This document shows, one piece after another, positions 1 through 11,563 of a stretch of 32,000 nt of DNA. The DNA comes from Saccharolobus solfataricus (GTDB lineage: Archaea > Thermoproteota > Thermoprotei_A > Sulfolobales > Sulfolobaceae). The stretch covers positions 810,001 to 842,000 of the forward strand of contig NZ_LT549890.1 in NCBI RefSeq assembly GCF_900079115.1, written 5' to 3'. A program made the translations under genes and the position numbers. Within the stretch, counting starts at the first letter, position 1. Every line of letters begins with the position of its first letter. Under the pieces are notes generated by a model. That model had not been told where the DNA came from, searched no databases, and was given only the letters and a program-made list of their open reading frames with translations.

Positions 1-2146
1 ATACTTATTGAAAGATCCTAATACTTTGCGTTATATTGAGACACCACAGATGTTATTCAGAAGAGTAGCTAGATTTCTCGCATCAGTTGAGAGAAAATAT
101 GGTAAATCTGAGGCTGAAGTTAAACAGCTAGAAGATAAGTTTTACGAAATGATAAGTGACTTGAAGTTTGTACCCAATTCGCCAACACTGATGAATAGTG
201 AAACTAGACTAGGCATCTTATCAGCATGTTTTGTAATTCCAGTTAAAGACGCTATGACTACGCCAGAGGGAGATGGAATATATGACGCGTTAAGAGCTAC
301 TGCCCTTGTTCACCAACAAGGTGGAGGGACTGGTTTCGATTTCTCAGAATTAAGACCTAAGGGAGACGTAGTAGCTTCAACTGCGGGTGTGGCGTCTGGT
401 CCGGTTTCATTTATGAAAGTATTTGATGCCTCTACTGATGTTATAAAGCAAGGTGGAAAGAGAAGAGGAGCTAACATGGGAGTGATGCACGCATGGCACG
501 CTGATATTGAAGATTTCATTCGTGCTAAGACTGGTCAGCTAAAAGATGTTCAGTTACAGAATTTCAATATTTCTGTAGGTGCTTATGACTACTTTATGGA
601 TGCTGTTGTGAAAGGCGAGAGTGTACCTTTAATTAACCCTAGAAAGACCAAGATAGCAGGGAGAGATCATGAATATTATATTACAAAGGCTAGGGGTTAT
701 ATGAGTGAGGAGTGGATTCAAGAGGTCATACTATCAGAGTTAGAGGAAAAAGGTGGAGTAGTTTCTCTAGATGAGAGTAAGATTATTACGGTTGACGAAG
801 CACTAGTAATAGCCTCAAAGGAGGGGGCTGTTGTCAAGTATGTTAATGCAAAATCATTATTCGATGAAATAGTGAAGGGGGCATGGGATAGTGGTGACCC
901 TGGCCTTCTCTTTATCGATACTATTAATAGGAGACATCCTGTTTGGTATTTAGGTAAGATTAATGCTACAAATCCATGTGGTGAAGAGCCACTATTACCT
1001 TGGGAGAGTTGTAATTTAGGCTCTATAAATCTAGAGAAATTTGTTATAGAAAGAGATGGCAAAGCGGCGATAGATTGGGATGGATTAGCCGAAATTATTA
1101 GGTACGGGGTAAGGTTTCTGGATAACGTGATTGATGCTAATCGTTATCCGTTAAAGCAAATTGAAGATGCAACCAAGAGAACTAGGAAAGTAGGTTTAGG
1201 TGTTATGGGACTAGCTAGAATGTTTATTAAATTAGGTATTGCTTATGATAGTGTAGACGCAATATACTTGTCATACCAATTAGCCAAGTTCATATTTTAC
1301 CATGCGTATAAGGCATCTATTGAGATAGCTAAGGAGAAGGGTACATTTCCTACATATGATGCGAGGCTGTATAGGGATATTTGGGAGAGTGCATTGGACT
1401 TCGATTCATTGCTACAAACTGCTGAAATTAGTGATAAACCCTCAGATTACGTTAAAAAGTTAACTAGTGTGGTGGATAAGTTAGATTTTGATTTGCTAAA
1501 AGGTGAGAGATTAAAATATGGTTTAAGGAATTCCACTGTAGTTTCTATAGCCCCAACGGGTACTATCTCAATAATAGCTGGGACATCATCTTCAATAGAA
1601 CCACTATTTGCATTAGCGTTTGTTAGAAATGTCGCAGTTGGGAAGTTCATCGAAATTGATCCGCTTTTCCTAGAATATCTAAGAAAATATGAGTTAGATG
1701 ACCCAGAGGTTATTCAGAAAATAGCTGAAAGCGGGATAATTGGGGATAACGTATTTATGCCAAGATCATTAAGGAAATTGTTTAGAACTGCTCATGAGGT
1801 TCCACCAATTTATCACGTCATGCATCAAGCAGCTTGGCAACAGTGGAATGATTCCGGGACTTCCAAGACTATTAACTTAAGATCAGAGGAGCCACCGGAG
1901 ACTGTAGAGAAGGTCTATTTATTAGCGTGGAAACTTGGAATAAAAGGTATAACTGTCTATAGGGATAAGAGTAAGCAACAGCAAGTGATCTATTTCGGCG
2001 TTAAGAAAGAAAGGGAGGAATATGAGAAGAAAAAGGAAGAGGTGGAAAAGAAAACGCAATTACTTCCTTCTAGTTTAAGGATGGAGAAGAAATTTGTTGA
2101 AGTTTCAGAGACATATGCAGGTGGATGTAAGACGTGTGAACTATAA
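1..2146 (+). CDS. nrdJ: Class II (adenosylcobalamin-dependent) ribonucleotide reductase, 5'-truncated by the window edge
   Basis: The frame is open from base 2, with no stop before the TTG at 8, so the true N-terminus lies upstream. RNR hallmarks are present: [21 protein letters not shown] active-site loop, [24 protein letters not shown]...ITVYRD, and a C-terminal redox Cys pair GGCKTCEL. No intein-like insertion is visible. Confidence 0.9.
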   Translation, partial: YLLKDPNTLRYIETPQMLFRRVARFLASVERKYGKSEAEVKQLEDKFYEMISDLKFVPNSPTLMNSETRLGILSACFVIPVKDAMTTPEGDGIYDALRATALVHQQGGGTGFDFSELRPKGDVVASTAGVASGPVSFMKVFDASTDVIKQGGKRRGANMGVMHAWHADIEDFIRAKTGQLKDVQLQNFNISVGAYDYFMDAVVKGESVPLINPRKTKIAGRDHEYYITKARGYMSEEWIQEVILSELEEKGGVVSLDESKIITVDEALVIASKEGAVVKYVNAKSLFDEIVKGAWDSGDPGLLFIDTINRRHPVWYLGKINATNPCGEEPLLPWESCNLGSINLEKFVIERDGKAAIDWDGLAEIIRYGVRFLDNVIDANRYPLKQIEDATKRTRKVGLGVMGLARMFIKLGIAYDSVDAIYLSYQLAKFIFYHAYKASIEIAKEKGTFPTYDARLYRDIWESALDFDSLLQTAEISDKPSDYVKKLTSVVDKLDFDLLKGERLKYGLRNSTVVSIAPTGTISIIAGTSSSIEPLFALAFVRNVAVGKFIEIDPLFLEYLRKYELDDPEVIQKIAESGIIGDNVFMPRSLRKLFRTAHEVPPIYHVMHQAAWQQWNDSGTSKTINLRSEEPPETVEKVYLLAWKLGIKGITVYRDKSKQQQVIYFGVKKEREEYEKKKEEVEKKTQLLPSSLRMEKKFVEVSETYAGGCKTCEL

Positions 2147-2151
2147 AAACA

Positions 2152-2171
2152 TTTTTATTTATCTGTTTTTT
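2152..2171 (+). terminator. Oligo-T tracts downstream of nrdJ (archaeal-type terminator), overlapping the promoter of the next gene
   Basis: TTTTT, TTT and TTTTTT runs lie within 25 nt after the nrdJ stop. The following TTTTTATATTATATT is centred about 26 nt upstream of ATG 2201, consistent with a TATA box for a leaderless transcript. Confidence 0.35.
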
Positions 2172-2200
2172 ATATTATATTGGACTGAAGTGTATTAACC

Positions 2201-2569
2201 ATGTCATTACAATTACCATGTGAATTTTCAGTAAGGGAGATTTTACCAGCAGTTAGAAGTATAGTAGCTCAAAAATTAATAAAAGAGAGGAATTTATCTG
2301 AATATAAAGCAGCTAATTTAATGGGCTTAACACCGGCTGCTGTTTCAAATTATCTTAAGTCTAGAAGAGGTAGTAATTTAAGATCTCTTCTAGAGAAAGA
2401 TGAAAAATTTATGGATCTTGTAAATGAGGTTACGGAAAGGATTCTAAACTCAAATTCTAATCTTTCTGTGTATTATTGTATTTTGTGTTCTGAGGGTAAA
2501 AAAGTTCTTACAAAGCATGGGTATGCCCTAAGCCCATGTTTATATGAGACTATAGTTGAACCTAAATAG
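2201..2569 (+). CDS. Small HTH DNA-binding protein with a 4-Cys C-terminal region (predicted transcriptional regulator)
   Basis: HTH-like segment LSEYKAANLMGLTPAAVSNYLKSRRG. Cysteines occur at LPCE, YYCILCSEG and SPCLYE. A TATA-like element about 26 nt upstream of the ATG suggests a leaderless mRNA. Confidence 0.6.
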   Translation: MSLQLPCEFSVREILPAVRSIVAQKLIKERNLSEYKAANLMGLTPAAVSNYLKSRRGSNLRSLLEKDEKFMDLVNEVTERILNSNSNLSVYYCILCSEGKKVLTKHGYALSPCLYETIVEPK

Positions 2570-3602
2570 CCTTTCTTTTAAGTAATAGATCTGGTAATTT
2601 TTTTATTTCTAATTCCAAATTAATAATCCCCCATCTTCTAATTGGAATTTTAACTCTATCATATTCCGTTGTCAATGTATTATTCGGTTTTAATATTTTA
2701 GTTATTCTTGCCGAGATATATACTGTGGCTATAACCGGTTTATCGCTGAAATTTTCTAACACAATTTGCAGTATGTTGGTTTTCTCGTCAAACTTCATGT
2801 ATAATGGAATTATAGAGGAAGGCTCTATTCGATATAATGAGAGAGGGAATTGCGGATTACACTCTATCTCTATTACATCGTTAGTCATATCCCATAATAA
2901 TCTATGGAGTTTAGATTCAGTAAAAGTCCTCGTCTTCGAAACTAAAATTTTTCCATTAGCTTCTACACTAATCTTTCCTAGCTCGAATTCTAAGTCCATA
3001 AGAGAATTGCTTACAAAGGAATACGCCTCTGTGAGTTCTAAACTTGCAGCAAATGTGTTACGTATTGGATTGTAACTGCTTTCTATGTAATAAGGATTCA
3101 TATAGAAGAATTTGGGATTTACGAATCTTGTATTTATGCTTATTTGGTTTTCCGTTAGTTTTATATTTTCTAAACTAACATTTCTGCCATTCCCAATCTC
3201 ACCCTCTTTTAATTCTATAATTCTATTTTGCATAAAGTAATATCTTGGCCAAGGAGATATGTTAAAAAGGGAAATTCCTTCTTTACAAGGTATTAAATAT
3301 TCTACCAGCTTTTTTAATGAGTCAGTGTCCAATCGGGTAAAGATCCAAGGAATTGAAACCTTGTGTAAGGGTGTTCTAATTATCAACTCCTCTTCATTTT
3401 CTGTCCCTTCAGTTAATATTGTAGATAGATCTGGACCAAGAATTTTTGCCTTATATTTCCATTTTACTCTCTTAACTCCGCCAATAGTTAATAATTGTGG
3501 TAGTTGTTCTATACTAAGCATGTCATCTTGTAGCTCTATATTTTCACTAAGAGTTTTAAATGGATACTCAGCGGCTACCTTTATTATATCATCTAGCTTC
3601 AT
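2562..3602 (-). CDS. Hypothetical protein, 346 aa, no recognisable motif
   Basis: Long ORF with non-repetitive composition. TTTAAAT (3621-3627) is centred about 24-26 nt upstream of ATG 3602-3600, typical Sulfolobus leaderless geometry. Its 3' end overlaps the convergent 2201-2569 gene by 8 nt. Confidence 0.6.
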   Translation of the reverse strand: MKLDDIIKVAAEYPFKTLSENIELQDDMLSIEQLPQLLTIGGVKRVKWKYKAKILGPDLSTILTEGTENEEELIIRTPLHKVSIPWIFTRLDTDSLKKLVEYLIPCKEGISLFNISPWPRYYFMQNRIIELKEGEIGNGRNVSLENIKLTENQISINTRFVNPKFFYMNPYYIESSYNPIRNTFAASLELTEAYSFVSNSLMDLEFELGKISVEANGKILVSKTRTFTESKLHRLLWDMTNDVIEIECNPQFPLSLYRIEPSSIIPLYMKFDEKTNILQIVLENFSDKPVIATVYISARITKILKPNNTLTTEYDRVKIPIRRWGIINLELEIKKLPDLLLKRKAI

Positions 3603-3674
3603 AAGTGGTCAAGCTCATCATTTAAATCCGACAAATGCCTTGTCTTCATCATTAATCTGCCCGAGGGTAATTCT

Positions 3675-5576
3675 TCACTCTATAACATTTTTGAGTCTTG
3701 ACCTTATTAATTCTAATACAATTTTCCCATCGGCTCTTCCTTTAACTTTACTCATTACTTTTGACATTATTAGGTTAACTGCTTTATCTTTTCTTTTCCT
3801 TATCTCATCTAGGTTAGAATTAATTATATCATCTATTATCTTTTCTAACTCTTCAATTGGTAATACCTCGTATTTACGTATTATATCCTTTAATTCCACG
3901 TTTTTACTAGTAGTATATTCTACCAGTATTTCTGAAATAGAATCCTTACTTATTCTGCTCTCATAAATGCTTTTTATTAACTCTTCTATGTCCTCCTCAT
4001 TAATCTTTGATATATCACCGCCTTTTGATTTAACATACTTTAGTGTGTTTGTGATCGTACTGGCTATTACAACCGGAGGAACCCTTGGTGAATATTTGTT
4101 AACTAACTCTTCAAATAAGTCAAGTCTGGGATCTCTAATTATCTCCTTGGCAAGTTCTTCGCTTAAACCTAGCACGATATATCTTTTCATTTTAGACTCT
4201 GGCGATTCTGGAACCAGTTTTTTAGCATCCTCAAGTAGTTTTTCATCTATTCTTCTCGGCGGAATATCGGTTTCTGGATACATTCTAGCTGATCCTGGCT
4301 GTGGTCTTAGGAATTTCGTAGTTCCATCATCTAGTGCTCCTCTAGTTTCCTTAGGAATGCCATCAAATGCCAGTAATATTCTGTCCTTTATTACTTCTAC
4401 AGCTTTATCTAGCCTCTCTCTTTCGCCAACAATTAGAATTAGAGCATCTTCAGTTGTCGCATTAAGGGCTTCTCTAACTTTGTTTATCTCCTCTTCGGTT
4501 ATTCCATAATTAGGTAATTCATCAGAGTGAAATAGTCCACCTAATCCTGCAAGTGCTCTAACGTAGTCCGCAATTTCTGTTCCAAATCTTCTCTTTTTTG
4601 GTATTAATTCCCAACCCAATACTCCCTTCAACTTATATGCTCTTATTCCATATACTAATCCTCCCTTTTCTATTCCATTTTTGATGATTTTACTATTAGT
4701 ATTTTTAAAAAGTTCTGTGACATCTTTTACAACAAAATTGGACAAAACTAGCTCTTTGGTCAATCCTCTTCTATAAAGTTCTTCCTTTATCTTCAGTAAG
4801 TTAAACTGTCTTATTGCTTCATATCTAACTATATCAGGTATTAATTCTAGTTTTTGCACCCCCTTAATTTCTATCTTTGTACCGCCTTTTATAGAGATAT
4901 TTAGATCTTGTCTTATTGTACCTATACCTCTCTTTACCTTACCAGTCATTCTAAGTAACTGACCAATCTTTAAGGCAACTCTTTCAGCTTGTTCTGGGCT
5001 CCTTATATCTGGTCCAGTTGAAATTTCTATTAACGGTATCCCTAATCTATCGAGTGAATAAGTTACTTGATCAGTCCCTTCATCTATCTTCCTAGCAGCG
5101 TCCTCCTCAACTGCAATACTTTGTATTGAAACTTCCTCATCCTTTAGCATTCCACCAAGTGCTATTATTGCGGTTCTTTGGAATCCAGTGGTGTTTGAAC
5201 CATCTATTACAATTTTTCTCATAACATAGATTTCATCTACTATGTTACTGTTTAGTGCCATTGCAATGGCTAAGGCTATTTTTAATGCTTCTTCATTTAT
5301 TGCATGTGGAGGTTCTTCATCAGCTTCTACAAGACAACTTGTGGTAATAGGTATTCTATATACGTATTTTTTACCTTTTTTCCACTCAAACAATGCTGCG
5401 ACATCGACTTCTCCTAATTCACTTAACGCAGGTCTTAAATATCTCTCTAAGGTTAGCTTATATTCTTCTTCCAAATTAGTACTGCAGTTGCAGAATAATT
5501 TATGAGGAGTGTTAAGCTGTTGATGAATCTCTAATCCTACTTTTAACCCCAATTCTTCATAATTCAACTCACTCAT
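3675..5576 (-). CDS. gatE: Glutamyl-tRNA(Gln) amidotransferase subunit E
   Basis: N-terminus [14 protein letters not shown]...KLFCNC and overall GatE/GatB-like architecture with a C-terminal YqeY-like tail. It overlaps gatD by 8 nt, with GGTGG just upstream of the ATG. Confidence 0.95.
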   Translation of the reverse strand: MSELNYEELGLKVGLEIHQQLNTPHKLFCNCSTNLEEEYKLTLERYLRPALSELGEVDVAALFEWKKGKKYVYRIPITTSCLVEADEEPPHAINEEALKIALAIAMALNSNIVDEIYVMRKIVIDGSNTTGFQRTAIIALGGMLKDEEVSIQSIAVEEDAARKIDEGTDQVTYSLDRLGIPLIEISTGPDIRSPEQAERVALKIGQLLRMTGKVKRGIGTIRQDLNISIKGGTKIEIKGVQKLELIPDIVRYEAIRQFNLLKIKEELYRRGLTKELVLSNFVVKDVTELFKNTNSKIIKNGIEKGGLVYGIRAYKLKGVLGWELIPKKRRFGTEIADYVRALAGLGGLFHSDELPNYGITEEEINKVREALNATTEDALILIVGERERLDKAVEVIKDRILLAFDGIPKETRGALDDGTTKFLRPQPGSARMYPETDIPPRRIDEKLLEDAKKLVPESPESKMKRYIVLGLSEELAKEIIRDPRLDLFEELVNKYSPRVPPVVIASTITNTLKYVKSKGGDISKINEEDIEELIKSIYESRISKDSISEILVEYTTSKNVELKDIIRKYEVLPIEELEKIIDDIINSNLDEIRKRKDKAVNLIMSKVMSKVKGRADGKIVLELIRSRLKNVIE

Positions 5577-6903
5577 ATGACCACCTTGGGAAGAGATCTA
5601 AAGTGTGACGAGGATTTATTTCTCCCACGAGATTTGTTATCATTAAATTTTGTATTTTTTCTAAATCTTGCTCATGTGCAAGTACCCACATGAGTTTTAC
5701 TAATGCTACCTCTGGTAGCATATCTTCCAATGGGGTGACACCAGCATCGAGTAACTGTCTTCCAGTAGTATATACATTCATATTAACTCTTCCAAATAGA
5801 CACTGTGTTGTCATTCCTATAAATATACCATCTTTAGTAGCCTTTCTGAATAATTCTATGTGATCTGAAGAAGTATGTCCTAATCCAGTACCAGCTATGA
5901 TTATACCTCTTATTTTAGTATTAGTTAACATTTGTTCTAAGAAGTCTCTATCTAATCCTGGATAATAGTATAACAAAAATACTCTATTATCGAATTTAGC
6001 GTCAAGCAACGTTTCGTCTTTTTTGCTTATATACTTCTCGTTAAGCATTACTAGTTTCCTTTCCTTCCAAAGAACTTTAGCTAAAGGTTTATCGTTCACT
6101 GACTGAAAAGCATCTCTTCTACTGCTGTGCATTTTTCTAACCTTTACTCCTCTATGTACTAATGCGTAAGTATCTGAGGATTCGGCATGCATATTTACTA
6201 CTACTTCTCCAAACGGTGCATATTTAGCCGTGATAACTGCAGATAAGAGGTTTATTGCTGAATCGCTACTAGGTCTATCACTACTTCTCTGTGACCCCAC
6301 TAGTACTACAGGTCCTTGTAACGATCTTAGAGAGAAGGCTAAGGCTGAGGCTGTATATGCCATAGTGTCCGTACCATGGGCAATAACTATACCAGTGTTT
6401 CCTTCATCAAAGGCCTTCTTTACTGATTCAGCTATCTTAACCCAGAATTCGGGTTTCATGTTTTCACTTAATATAGAGAAAAGTACCTCAGCATCCACTT
6501 TTGCTATTTCGTTTATTTCTGGTAAAAATTGTATTATTTCTTCAGTGGTTAATGCAGGCCTGACTGCACCAGTTTCATATTCAACCCTACTTACTATTGT
6601 GCCCCCTGTGCTAATTATCTTTATTTCGCTCTTAGCACCATTATGAACTTCTCTTCTTTCACTCTCCCGATCTTTACTTGATTTTTTTTCGATTGGTTTT
6701 ATCTCAGTTATATTATCTATAGATATTCCTATATTATAACCATTATCTAATTTTATTACGAATATTCTATCATCTTTAGAGTAACTTGGTAACAATATAC
6801 CTCTTATTCTTAAGTCTCCTTTCTTAATTTCTATAAGATCTCCTTCCTCTATATTTAGATTTTTCAAAATATCATAGGCCTTTCCTTTATAATTTTCTTG
6901 CAC
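5569..6903 (-). CDS. gatD: Glutamyl-tRNA(Gln) amidotransferase subunit D (asparaginase-like)
   Basis: Asparaginase-type motifs ISTGGTI and IAHGTDTM follow an N-terminal GatD-specific domain. GTG start. Immediately upstream of and overlapping gatE. Confidence 0.95.
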   Translation of the reverse strand: MQENYKGKAYDILKNLNIEEGDLIEIKKGDLRIRGILLPSYSKDDRIFVIKLDNGYNIGISIDNITEIKPIEKKSSKDRESERREVHNGAKSEIKIISTGGTIVSRVEYETGAVRPALTTEEIIQFLPEINEIAKVDAEVLFSILSENMKPEFWVKIAESVKKAFDEGNTGIVIAHGTDTMAYTASALAFSLRSLQGPVVLVGSQRSSDRPSSDSAINLLSAVITAKYAPFGEVVVNMHAESSDTYALVHRGVKVRKMHSSRRDAFQSVNDKPLAKVLWKERKLVMLNEKYISKKDETLLDAKFDNRVFLLYYYPGLDRDFLEQMLTNTKIRGIIIAGTGLGHTSSDHIELFRKATKDGIFIGMTTQCLFGRVNMNVYTTGRQLLDAGVTPLEDMLPEVALVKLMWVLAHEQDLEKIQNLMITNLVGEINPRHTLDLFPRWSYE

Positions 6904-6936
6904 AGAAAAAGATTAGGTAATAGCAAAAATAGTTTA

Positions 6937-7095
6937 TTATCTAGCAGGAGCTTGTTGTCTGGCTTTTACTACTCTCTTTTCATATTCCTTTCTATTTCTT
7001 ACTCTTGGTACCTCTTTATGTTTTTCTTTAGGCTGTATTTTTGGTGTCTGACTTCTAACTTTTCCCGCTTTGGTTAACGAACCGTGTGAAGGCAT
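6937..7095 (-). CDS. rps30e: 30S ribosomal protein eS30 (S30e), 52 aa; below the ORF-track length cutoff
   Basis: My own translation of the minus strand gives [52 protein letters not shown] followed by TAA. The GSLxxAGKVRxQTPK core is the eS30 signature. TATA TTTAAAT lies about 24 nt upstream of the ATG (leaderless). Confidence 0.9.
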   Translation of the reverse strand: MPSHGSLTKAGKVRSQTPKIQPKEKHKEVPRVRNRKEYEKRVVKARQQAPAR

Positions 7096-7120
7096 ATCTA
7101 CTCTTATTACAACTTGAGCA

Positions 7121-7137
7121 TTTAAACTTAAAAATTT
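7121..7137. promoter_or_regulatory. Bidirectional TATA region shared by rps30e (minus) and nop5 (plus)
   Basis: TTTAAACTTAAAAATTT sits in the 65-nt gap. Each half lies about 23-26 nt from the respective ATG (7095 minus, 7161 plus), implying two leaderless divergent transcripts. Confidence 0.5.
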
Positions 7138-7160
7138 GTCAGATAGGTTTGTAGTGAGAG

Positions 7161-8399
7161 ATGATGAAAATATACCTAATTGAGCATGTTATTGGAGCAG
7201 TTGCTTACGATGAAAATGGAAATATTGTAGACTATATTACAAATCCAAGAGATTTGGGAAAAATAACTGAGGAACTATTAAATAATGAAAAGGGTATCCC
7301 ATTCAGCGCAACAGTTGAGTTATTAAAGAAAGTTAATCCACAAGAGGTAGTAGTTGAGAACGAAGCTGAAGTTCCTAAATTACAAGCATTAGGTTATAGG
7401 GTTTCATATGAGCCATATAGCAAGGTTTCGAGAATATTTAGGGAATCATTACCTAAAGTGGCAATAGATATAAAATTTGCAAGCAATGAAGAGGATTATT
7501 ATAATTTCCTTCATGAACTTTCACTAGAATATACCAGAAGAAAGCTGAGGTCTGCGGCACAAAAGAGAGACCTTTTAGCTATTCAAGCGGTTAGAGCAAT
7601 GGATGATATAGATAAGACCATAAATCTTTTCTCAGAAAGATTAAGAGAATGGTATAGTATTCACTTCCCAGAATTAGATAAGCTTATTGAGGATCACGAG
7701 GAATATGCAACTATAGTATCTAGGTTTGGTGATAGGGGGTTTTTAACTATTGATAGTTTAAAGGAATTGGGTTTCAACGAGCAAAGGATAAATAGGATCC
7801 TTGATGCAGCAAAGAAAAGTATAGGTGCAGATATTTCAGAAGACGACTTATCTGCAATGAGGATGATTGCGAACACTATTTTAGACTTGTATAATATTAG
7901 GAGAAATCTTAATAATTATCTAGAAGGTGTAATGAAAGAAGTTGCTCCAAATGTAACAGCCTTAGTGGGTCCAGCATTAGGTGCTAGATTATTGAGTATA
8001 GCAGGGAGTTTAGATGAATTAGCTAAAATGCCAGCTAGTACTATCCAAGTATTGGGAGCGGAAAAGGCCTTATTTAGGGCGTTAAGAAGTGGCGGAAGGC
8101 CACCCAAACATGGTATAATATTCCAGTACCCTGCTATTCATACATCACCTAGATGGCAAAGGGGTAAGATTGCCAGAGCTTTAGCAGCTAAATTAGCAAT
8201 AGCTGCCAGAGTAGATGCTTTTAGTGGTAGATTTATAGGCGATCAACTAAATGAACAGTTAAAGAAGAGGATAGATGAAATTAAAGAGAAATTTGCGCAA
8301 CCACCACCTAAAAAGCCGCAACAACAAAAGCCACAGCAACCACAAAAACAGCAAGCAAAAGGTAAAAAAGGTGGAAAGAGAAGAGGTAAAAGAAAGTGA
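7161..8399 (+). CDS. nop5: C/D box sRNP core protein Nop5 (Nop56/58 homologue)
   Basis: NOSIC/Nop domain motifs [12 protein letters not shown] and [42 protein letters not shown]. Lys/Gln-rich C-terminal tail. Followed after 6 nt by fibrillarin. Confidence 0.95.
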   Translation: MMKIYLIEHVIGAVAYDENGNIVDYITNPRDLGKITEELLNNEKGIPFSATVELLKKVNPQEVVVENEAEVPKLQALGYRVSYEPYSKVSRIFRESLPKVAIDIKFASNEEDYYNFLHELSLEYTRRKLRSAAQKRDLLAIQAVRAMDDIDKTINLFSERLREWYSIHFPELDKLIEDHEEYATIVSRFGDRGFLTIDSLKELGFNEQRINRILDAAKKSIGADISEDDLSAMRMIANTILDLYNIRRNLNNYLEGVMKEVAPNVTALVGPALGARLLSIAGSLDELAKMPASTIQVLGAEKALFRALRSGGRPPKHGIIFQYPAIHTSPRWQRGKIARALAAKLAIAARVDAFSGRFIGDQLNEQLKKRIDEIKEKFAQPPPKKPQQQKPQQPQKQQAKGKKGGKRRGKRK

Positions 8400-8405
8400 T
8401 AAAAA

Positions 8406-9104
8406 ATGTCTGAAGTAATTACCGTAAAACAAACCAATATGGAAAATATTTATGAATGTGAGTTTAACGATGGTAGTTTTCGATTATGTACAAGAAACCT
8501 AGTACCGAATTTTAACGTTTACGGCGAAAGGCTGATCAAGTATGAGGGTGTTGAATACAGGGAGTGGAACGCATTTAGAAGTAAATTAGCGGGCGCAATA
8601 CTTAAAGGTCTTAAGACTAATCCGATTAGAAAAGGTACTAAGGTCTTATATTTAGGTGCTGCTTCTGGAACTACAATAAGCCATGTATCTGATATTATAG
8701 AGCTAAACGGCAAGGCTTATGGAGTGGAATTTTCTCCTAGAGTTGTAAGAGAATTATTACTAGTAGCTCAAAGGAGGCCTAATATCTTTCCACTATTGGC
8801 TGATGCAAGATTTCCTCAGAGTTATAAGTCAGTAGTGGAGAACGTTGACGTACTTTATGTTGATATTGCCCAACCGGATCAGACGGATATTGCAATATAC
8901 AATGCCAAATTCTTCCTCAAAGTAAATGGAGATATGCTTCTAGTAATTAAAGCGAGGAGTATTGACGTCACCAAAGACCCTAAGGAAATATATAAGACCG
9001 AAGTAGAGAAATTAGAGAATTCTAACTTCGAGACGATTCAAATTATTAATCTAGACCCATATGATAAAGATCATGCAATAGTTCTTAGCAAATATAAAGG
9101 GTAG
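8406..9104 (+). CDS. flpA: Fibrillarin-like rRNA/tRNA 2'-O-methyltransferase
   Basis: [16 protein letters not shown] and the SAM-binding motif [18 protein letters not shown]. Classic nop5-flpA gene pair. Confidence 0.95.
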   Translation: MSEVITVKQTNMENIYECEFNDGSFRLCTRNLVPNFNVYGERLIKYEGVEYREWNAFRSKLAGAILKGLKTNPIRKGTKVLYLGAASGTTISHVSDIIELNGKAYGVEFSPRVVRELLLVAQRRPNIFPLLADARFPQSYKSVVENVDVLYVDIAQPDQTDIAIYNAKFFLKVNGDMLLVIKARSIDVTKDPKEIYKTEVEKLENSNFETIQIINLDPYDKDHAIVLSKYKG

Positions 9105-9108
9105 GAGT

Positions 9109-9525
9109 TTGATAGATAAGATTTTTGAGATTGGACTTAAAGATATATTCTCTTCTTCTCCCGCTGAGTATGTAACTATTAAAGATGCATTAGATGGTAA
9201 ATTAAAAATTAGATTAAATAACAATTTTTATCATGAAATCAAAAAGGACGAAGTAGAAAAACTCTCCAGTAGGATTCCGCTTTACTTGTGGTCACTAGTA
9301 AAAATTCCCTTTATATTTATTAAGTCGTCTGAAATTGGTGAATATTTCGTCAGTGGAGAGCAATGGAACAAAAAGGCAATTTCAATTTTACTTGGGAGAG
9401 AAATATCTAATGTAATATTAAATGTGGATGTCGAGAAGCTATTGAGGGAATATACATCATTAATATTTATAATTCTTAGTCCTACTAGAAGTTATACAGA
9501 AGAAACAGAATTAAGTGAGATGTAA
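9109..9525 (+). CDS. Uncharacterised 138-aa protein in the nop5-flpA-trm1 array (possibly DUF61/UPF0216-like; not verifiable here)
   Basis: ORF with TTG start 4 nt after the flpA stop and ending 3 nt before the next gene. There is no internal Met, and only 9 open codons lie upstream. No catalytic motif is recognised. Confidence 0.55.
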   Translation: MIDKIFEIGLKDIFSSSPAEYVTIKDALDGKLKIRLNNNFYHEIKKDEVEKLSSRIPLYLWSLVKIPFIFIKSSEIGEYFVSGEQWNKKAISILLGREISNVILNVDVEKLLREYTSLIFIILSPTRSYTEETELSEM

Positions 9526-9528
9526 GAC

Positions 9529-10461
9529 ATGAGCAAAAAAATCATCGATGAAGTTATAGACATATTAGAGGATAAAAAATATACTTATACGATGATTGAA
9601 TATCCAGAACATAATAGAAAATCTGTTGACATCGTTCTTAACTCCAAGGAACCCACTCTAATTAGAGTTTCTGAAGATAAGATCACCAAAGAGGAAATTT
9701 CTGACTTGAAGAAAATAGCGGTATCAACGTTAACTGCGTCATTAGTTGTTACTAATGAAGAAGAAGAGGATATCGTTTCAGTTAAGGCTGATAACGTTTT
9801 TGCAATTTCACCAGAAGGATTCAAGAAAGTGATTAACGGCGAGAAAATTTTCCTTTATAGAACTAGGGGAGGTATATTCATAAAGATTAGGAATTACATA
9901 TTAAAACATAAGAGAGAGGAAATGGGATATAGTATAGGAGATGTGGCAAAATTTCTTGGTGTTTCTAGAAAGGCTATTTACGATTACGAGAAGGGGGATT
10001 CCGACGTATCGCTTGAAGTTGCCGAGAAGTTAATAGATTTGTTTGGAGATGATATAATAGGCGATGTAATATGGGATTCTATAAAAAGCAAAAAAGAAAT
10101 CCTTGAAGAGGGCGTAGCAGAGTTTTCTCCAGAGAATTTCAAAGCAAAGTTGATATATAAATTGAAAGAAAGTGGGTTAAACGCCTTATCATTAAAATTA
10201 ACTGCAGCAGATTTGATAGTTAAGGATAGCGATAATAACAGATATTTAGTTACAATAGAGAACAAGGATTATAATAAGTCAATGAAGAAATTTTATGAAG
10301 CTAAAAAACTGGCGTCATACACGAAATCTGAATTAGTAATAATCATAAGGACTTCAAAGATGTTAAAAGAATGTGAAGATCTAGGATATAAAACTTATGA
10401 AGAAAATGATATACATTCTTTAATAGATGAAATTAAAGGAAGTAACGGAAGGCAAGGTTAG
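9529..10461 (+). CDS. Conserved archaeal putative HTH-type (Cro/C1, XRE-like) regulatory protein, 310 aa
   Basis: Central XRE-type [43 protein letters not shown], flanked by N- and C-terminal domains of unknown function. It overlaps the trm1 start by 35 nt. Confidence 0.75.
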   Translation: MSKKIIDEVIDILEDKKYTYTMIEYPEHNRKSVDIVLNSKEPTLIRVSEDKITKEEISDLKKIAVSTLTASLVVTNEEEEDIVSVKADNVFAISPEGFKKVINGEKIFLYRTRGGIFIKIRNYILKHKREEMGYSIGDVAKFLGVSRKAIYDYEKGDSDVSLEVAEKLIDLFGDDIIGDVIWDSIKSKKEILEEGVAEFSPENFKAKLIYKLKESGLNALSLKLTAADLIVKDSDNNRYLVTIENKDYNKSMKKFYEAKKLASYTKSELVIIIRTSKMLKECEDLGYKTYEENDIHSLIDEIKGSNGRQG

Positions 10462-11563
10462 AATATTCGTACCAGATCCTACAGGATATATGGTAGAAGG
10501 AAAATTTGATCCATCATGGGCTCCAGTATTCTATAATCCTAAAATGACTTTCAATAGAGATCTCAGCGTAATTGTGGTTAGCATATTAAAACCTAAGATA
10601 ATAGTAGACGCGTTAAGCGCAACGGGCATAAGAGGAATTAGATACTACGTTGAATCGTGGAAAAGCGAACAACTAATTCTAAATGATAAAAATCCAAATG
10701 CCACTTCTTTAATTCAAATAAATGCGAAAAATAATGGGATTGAAAATGCTAAAATTTATAATAAAGACGCGAACGCTTTACTCTACGAAGTAAAAAGTGA
10801 CTACATCGATATAGATCCTTTTGGTTCTCCTGCACCTTTTATTCTTTCATCCTTAAACGCCGCAACAAGAAATGGAATCGTAGCATTTACAGCAACTGAC
10901 CTATCTCCGCTTGAGGGATCCTCACCAACATCATGTAGACGAAAATATGACGCAATTAATCACAAACTTTCCTCATCCAAGGAACTTGGATTAAGAGTAC
11001 TTATTGGCAAGATAATTAGAGAAGCCGCGATATTAGAAAAGACAGTATATCCGCTATTCTCTTTTTATGCAGATTATTATTATAGACTATTTGTAAGAGT
11101 GGAGAATGGTGCTAGAAAGGCAGACGATAATATTAATAAGCATCTTAAATATTTTGGAGAATGCCCCCGCTGTGGATTTCAGACATTCGTAGAGGAGAAT
11201 TGTAAGACTAAGTGCCCCGTATGTGGCGAGATTTTTAGTATTATTGGTCCTTTGTATATTGGTCCTCTTTATAGTATGGAGTTTTTAAAAAGAATAATGG
11301 ATTTATATAGTAATTTTAACTACTTGACCTCTTTTAATAGAATACAAAAGTTACTTAATGTAATAGAAAAGGAGGCAAGATTTAAAAATGTATTCTATAA
11401 TATCAGTAAGCTCGCATCCAAATTAAAAATTTCAGCTATTCCTCCTATTGAATCTATTTTAGAATGTCTAGGTGATGCTTCCAGAACTCATTTTGCTCCT
11501 ACTGGGATAAGGACCGATAAGGAATATGAAGAAATAACAAAGTGTATTAAGAGCTTAAGATAA
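10427..11563 (+). CDS. trm1: tRNA (guanine(26)-N2)-dimethyltransferase Trm1
   Basis: [40 protein letters not shown] and the Cys4 insertion CPRCG...CPVCG are characteristic of Trm1. Confidence 0.92.
   Translation: MKLKEVTEGKVRIFVPDPTGYMVEGKFDPSWAPVFYNPKMTFNRDLSVIVVSILKPKIIVDALSATGIRGIRYYVESWKSEQLILNDKNPNATSLIQINAKNNGIENAKIYNKDANALLYEVKSDYIDIDPFGSPAPFILSSLNAATRNGIVAFTATDLSPLEGSSPTSCRRKYDAINHKLSSSKELGLRVLIGKIIREAAILEKTVYPLFSFYADYYYRLFVRVENGARKADDNINKHLKYFGECPRCGFQTFVEENCKTKCPVCGEIFSIIGPLYIGPLYSMEFLKRIMDLYSNFNYLTSFNRIQKLLNVIEKEARFKNVFYNISKLASKLKISAIPPIESILECLGDASRTHFAPTGIRTDKEYEEITKCIKSLR

Noticed and set aside
3603-3674. Two AUGAUGA (box C-like) motifs on the minus strand, suggesting a C/D sRNA between gatE and the 346-aa gene
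   Set aside because: No CUGA box D follows at the required spacing; the 12 nt after the second motif run into AUGA, the start codon of the 346-aa gene. The TTTAAAT between the two motifs is better explained as that gene's TATA box.
3259-4509. ORF-track entries 3259-3966 (+, 235 aa) and 3967-4509 (+, 180 aa); also 5242-5505, 6230-6646, 2725-3075, 310-519, 718-1062 and 1447-1650
   Set aside because: All lie antisense to strongly supported genes (gatE, gatD, nrdJ, the 346-aa ORF). Their translations are Ser/Leu/Ile-rich and low in complexity, as expected for the reverse frame of AT-rich, Lys/Glu-rich coding sequence. None has promoter or SD support.
8270-8399. Repetitive CAA/CAG/AAA-rich DNA at the 3' end of nop5
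   Set aside because: It encodes the Lys/Gln/Pro-rich basic tail typical of Nop56/58-family proteins. It is not a tandem DNA repeat element or a CRISPR-like structure.
7694-10265. Short antisense ORFs inside nop5, flpA and the HTH gene (7694-7876, 7916-8107, 8243-8437, 8519-8713, 9585-9824, 9984-10265)
   Set aside because: They are fully nested in well-supported genes on the other strand and have no start-site signals. The 8243-8437 Cys/Phe-rich product is simply the antisense of the Nop5 Lys/Gln tail.
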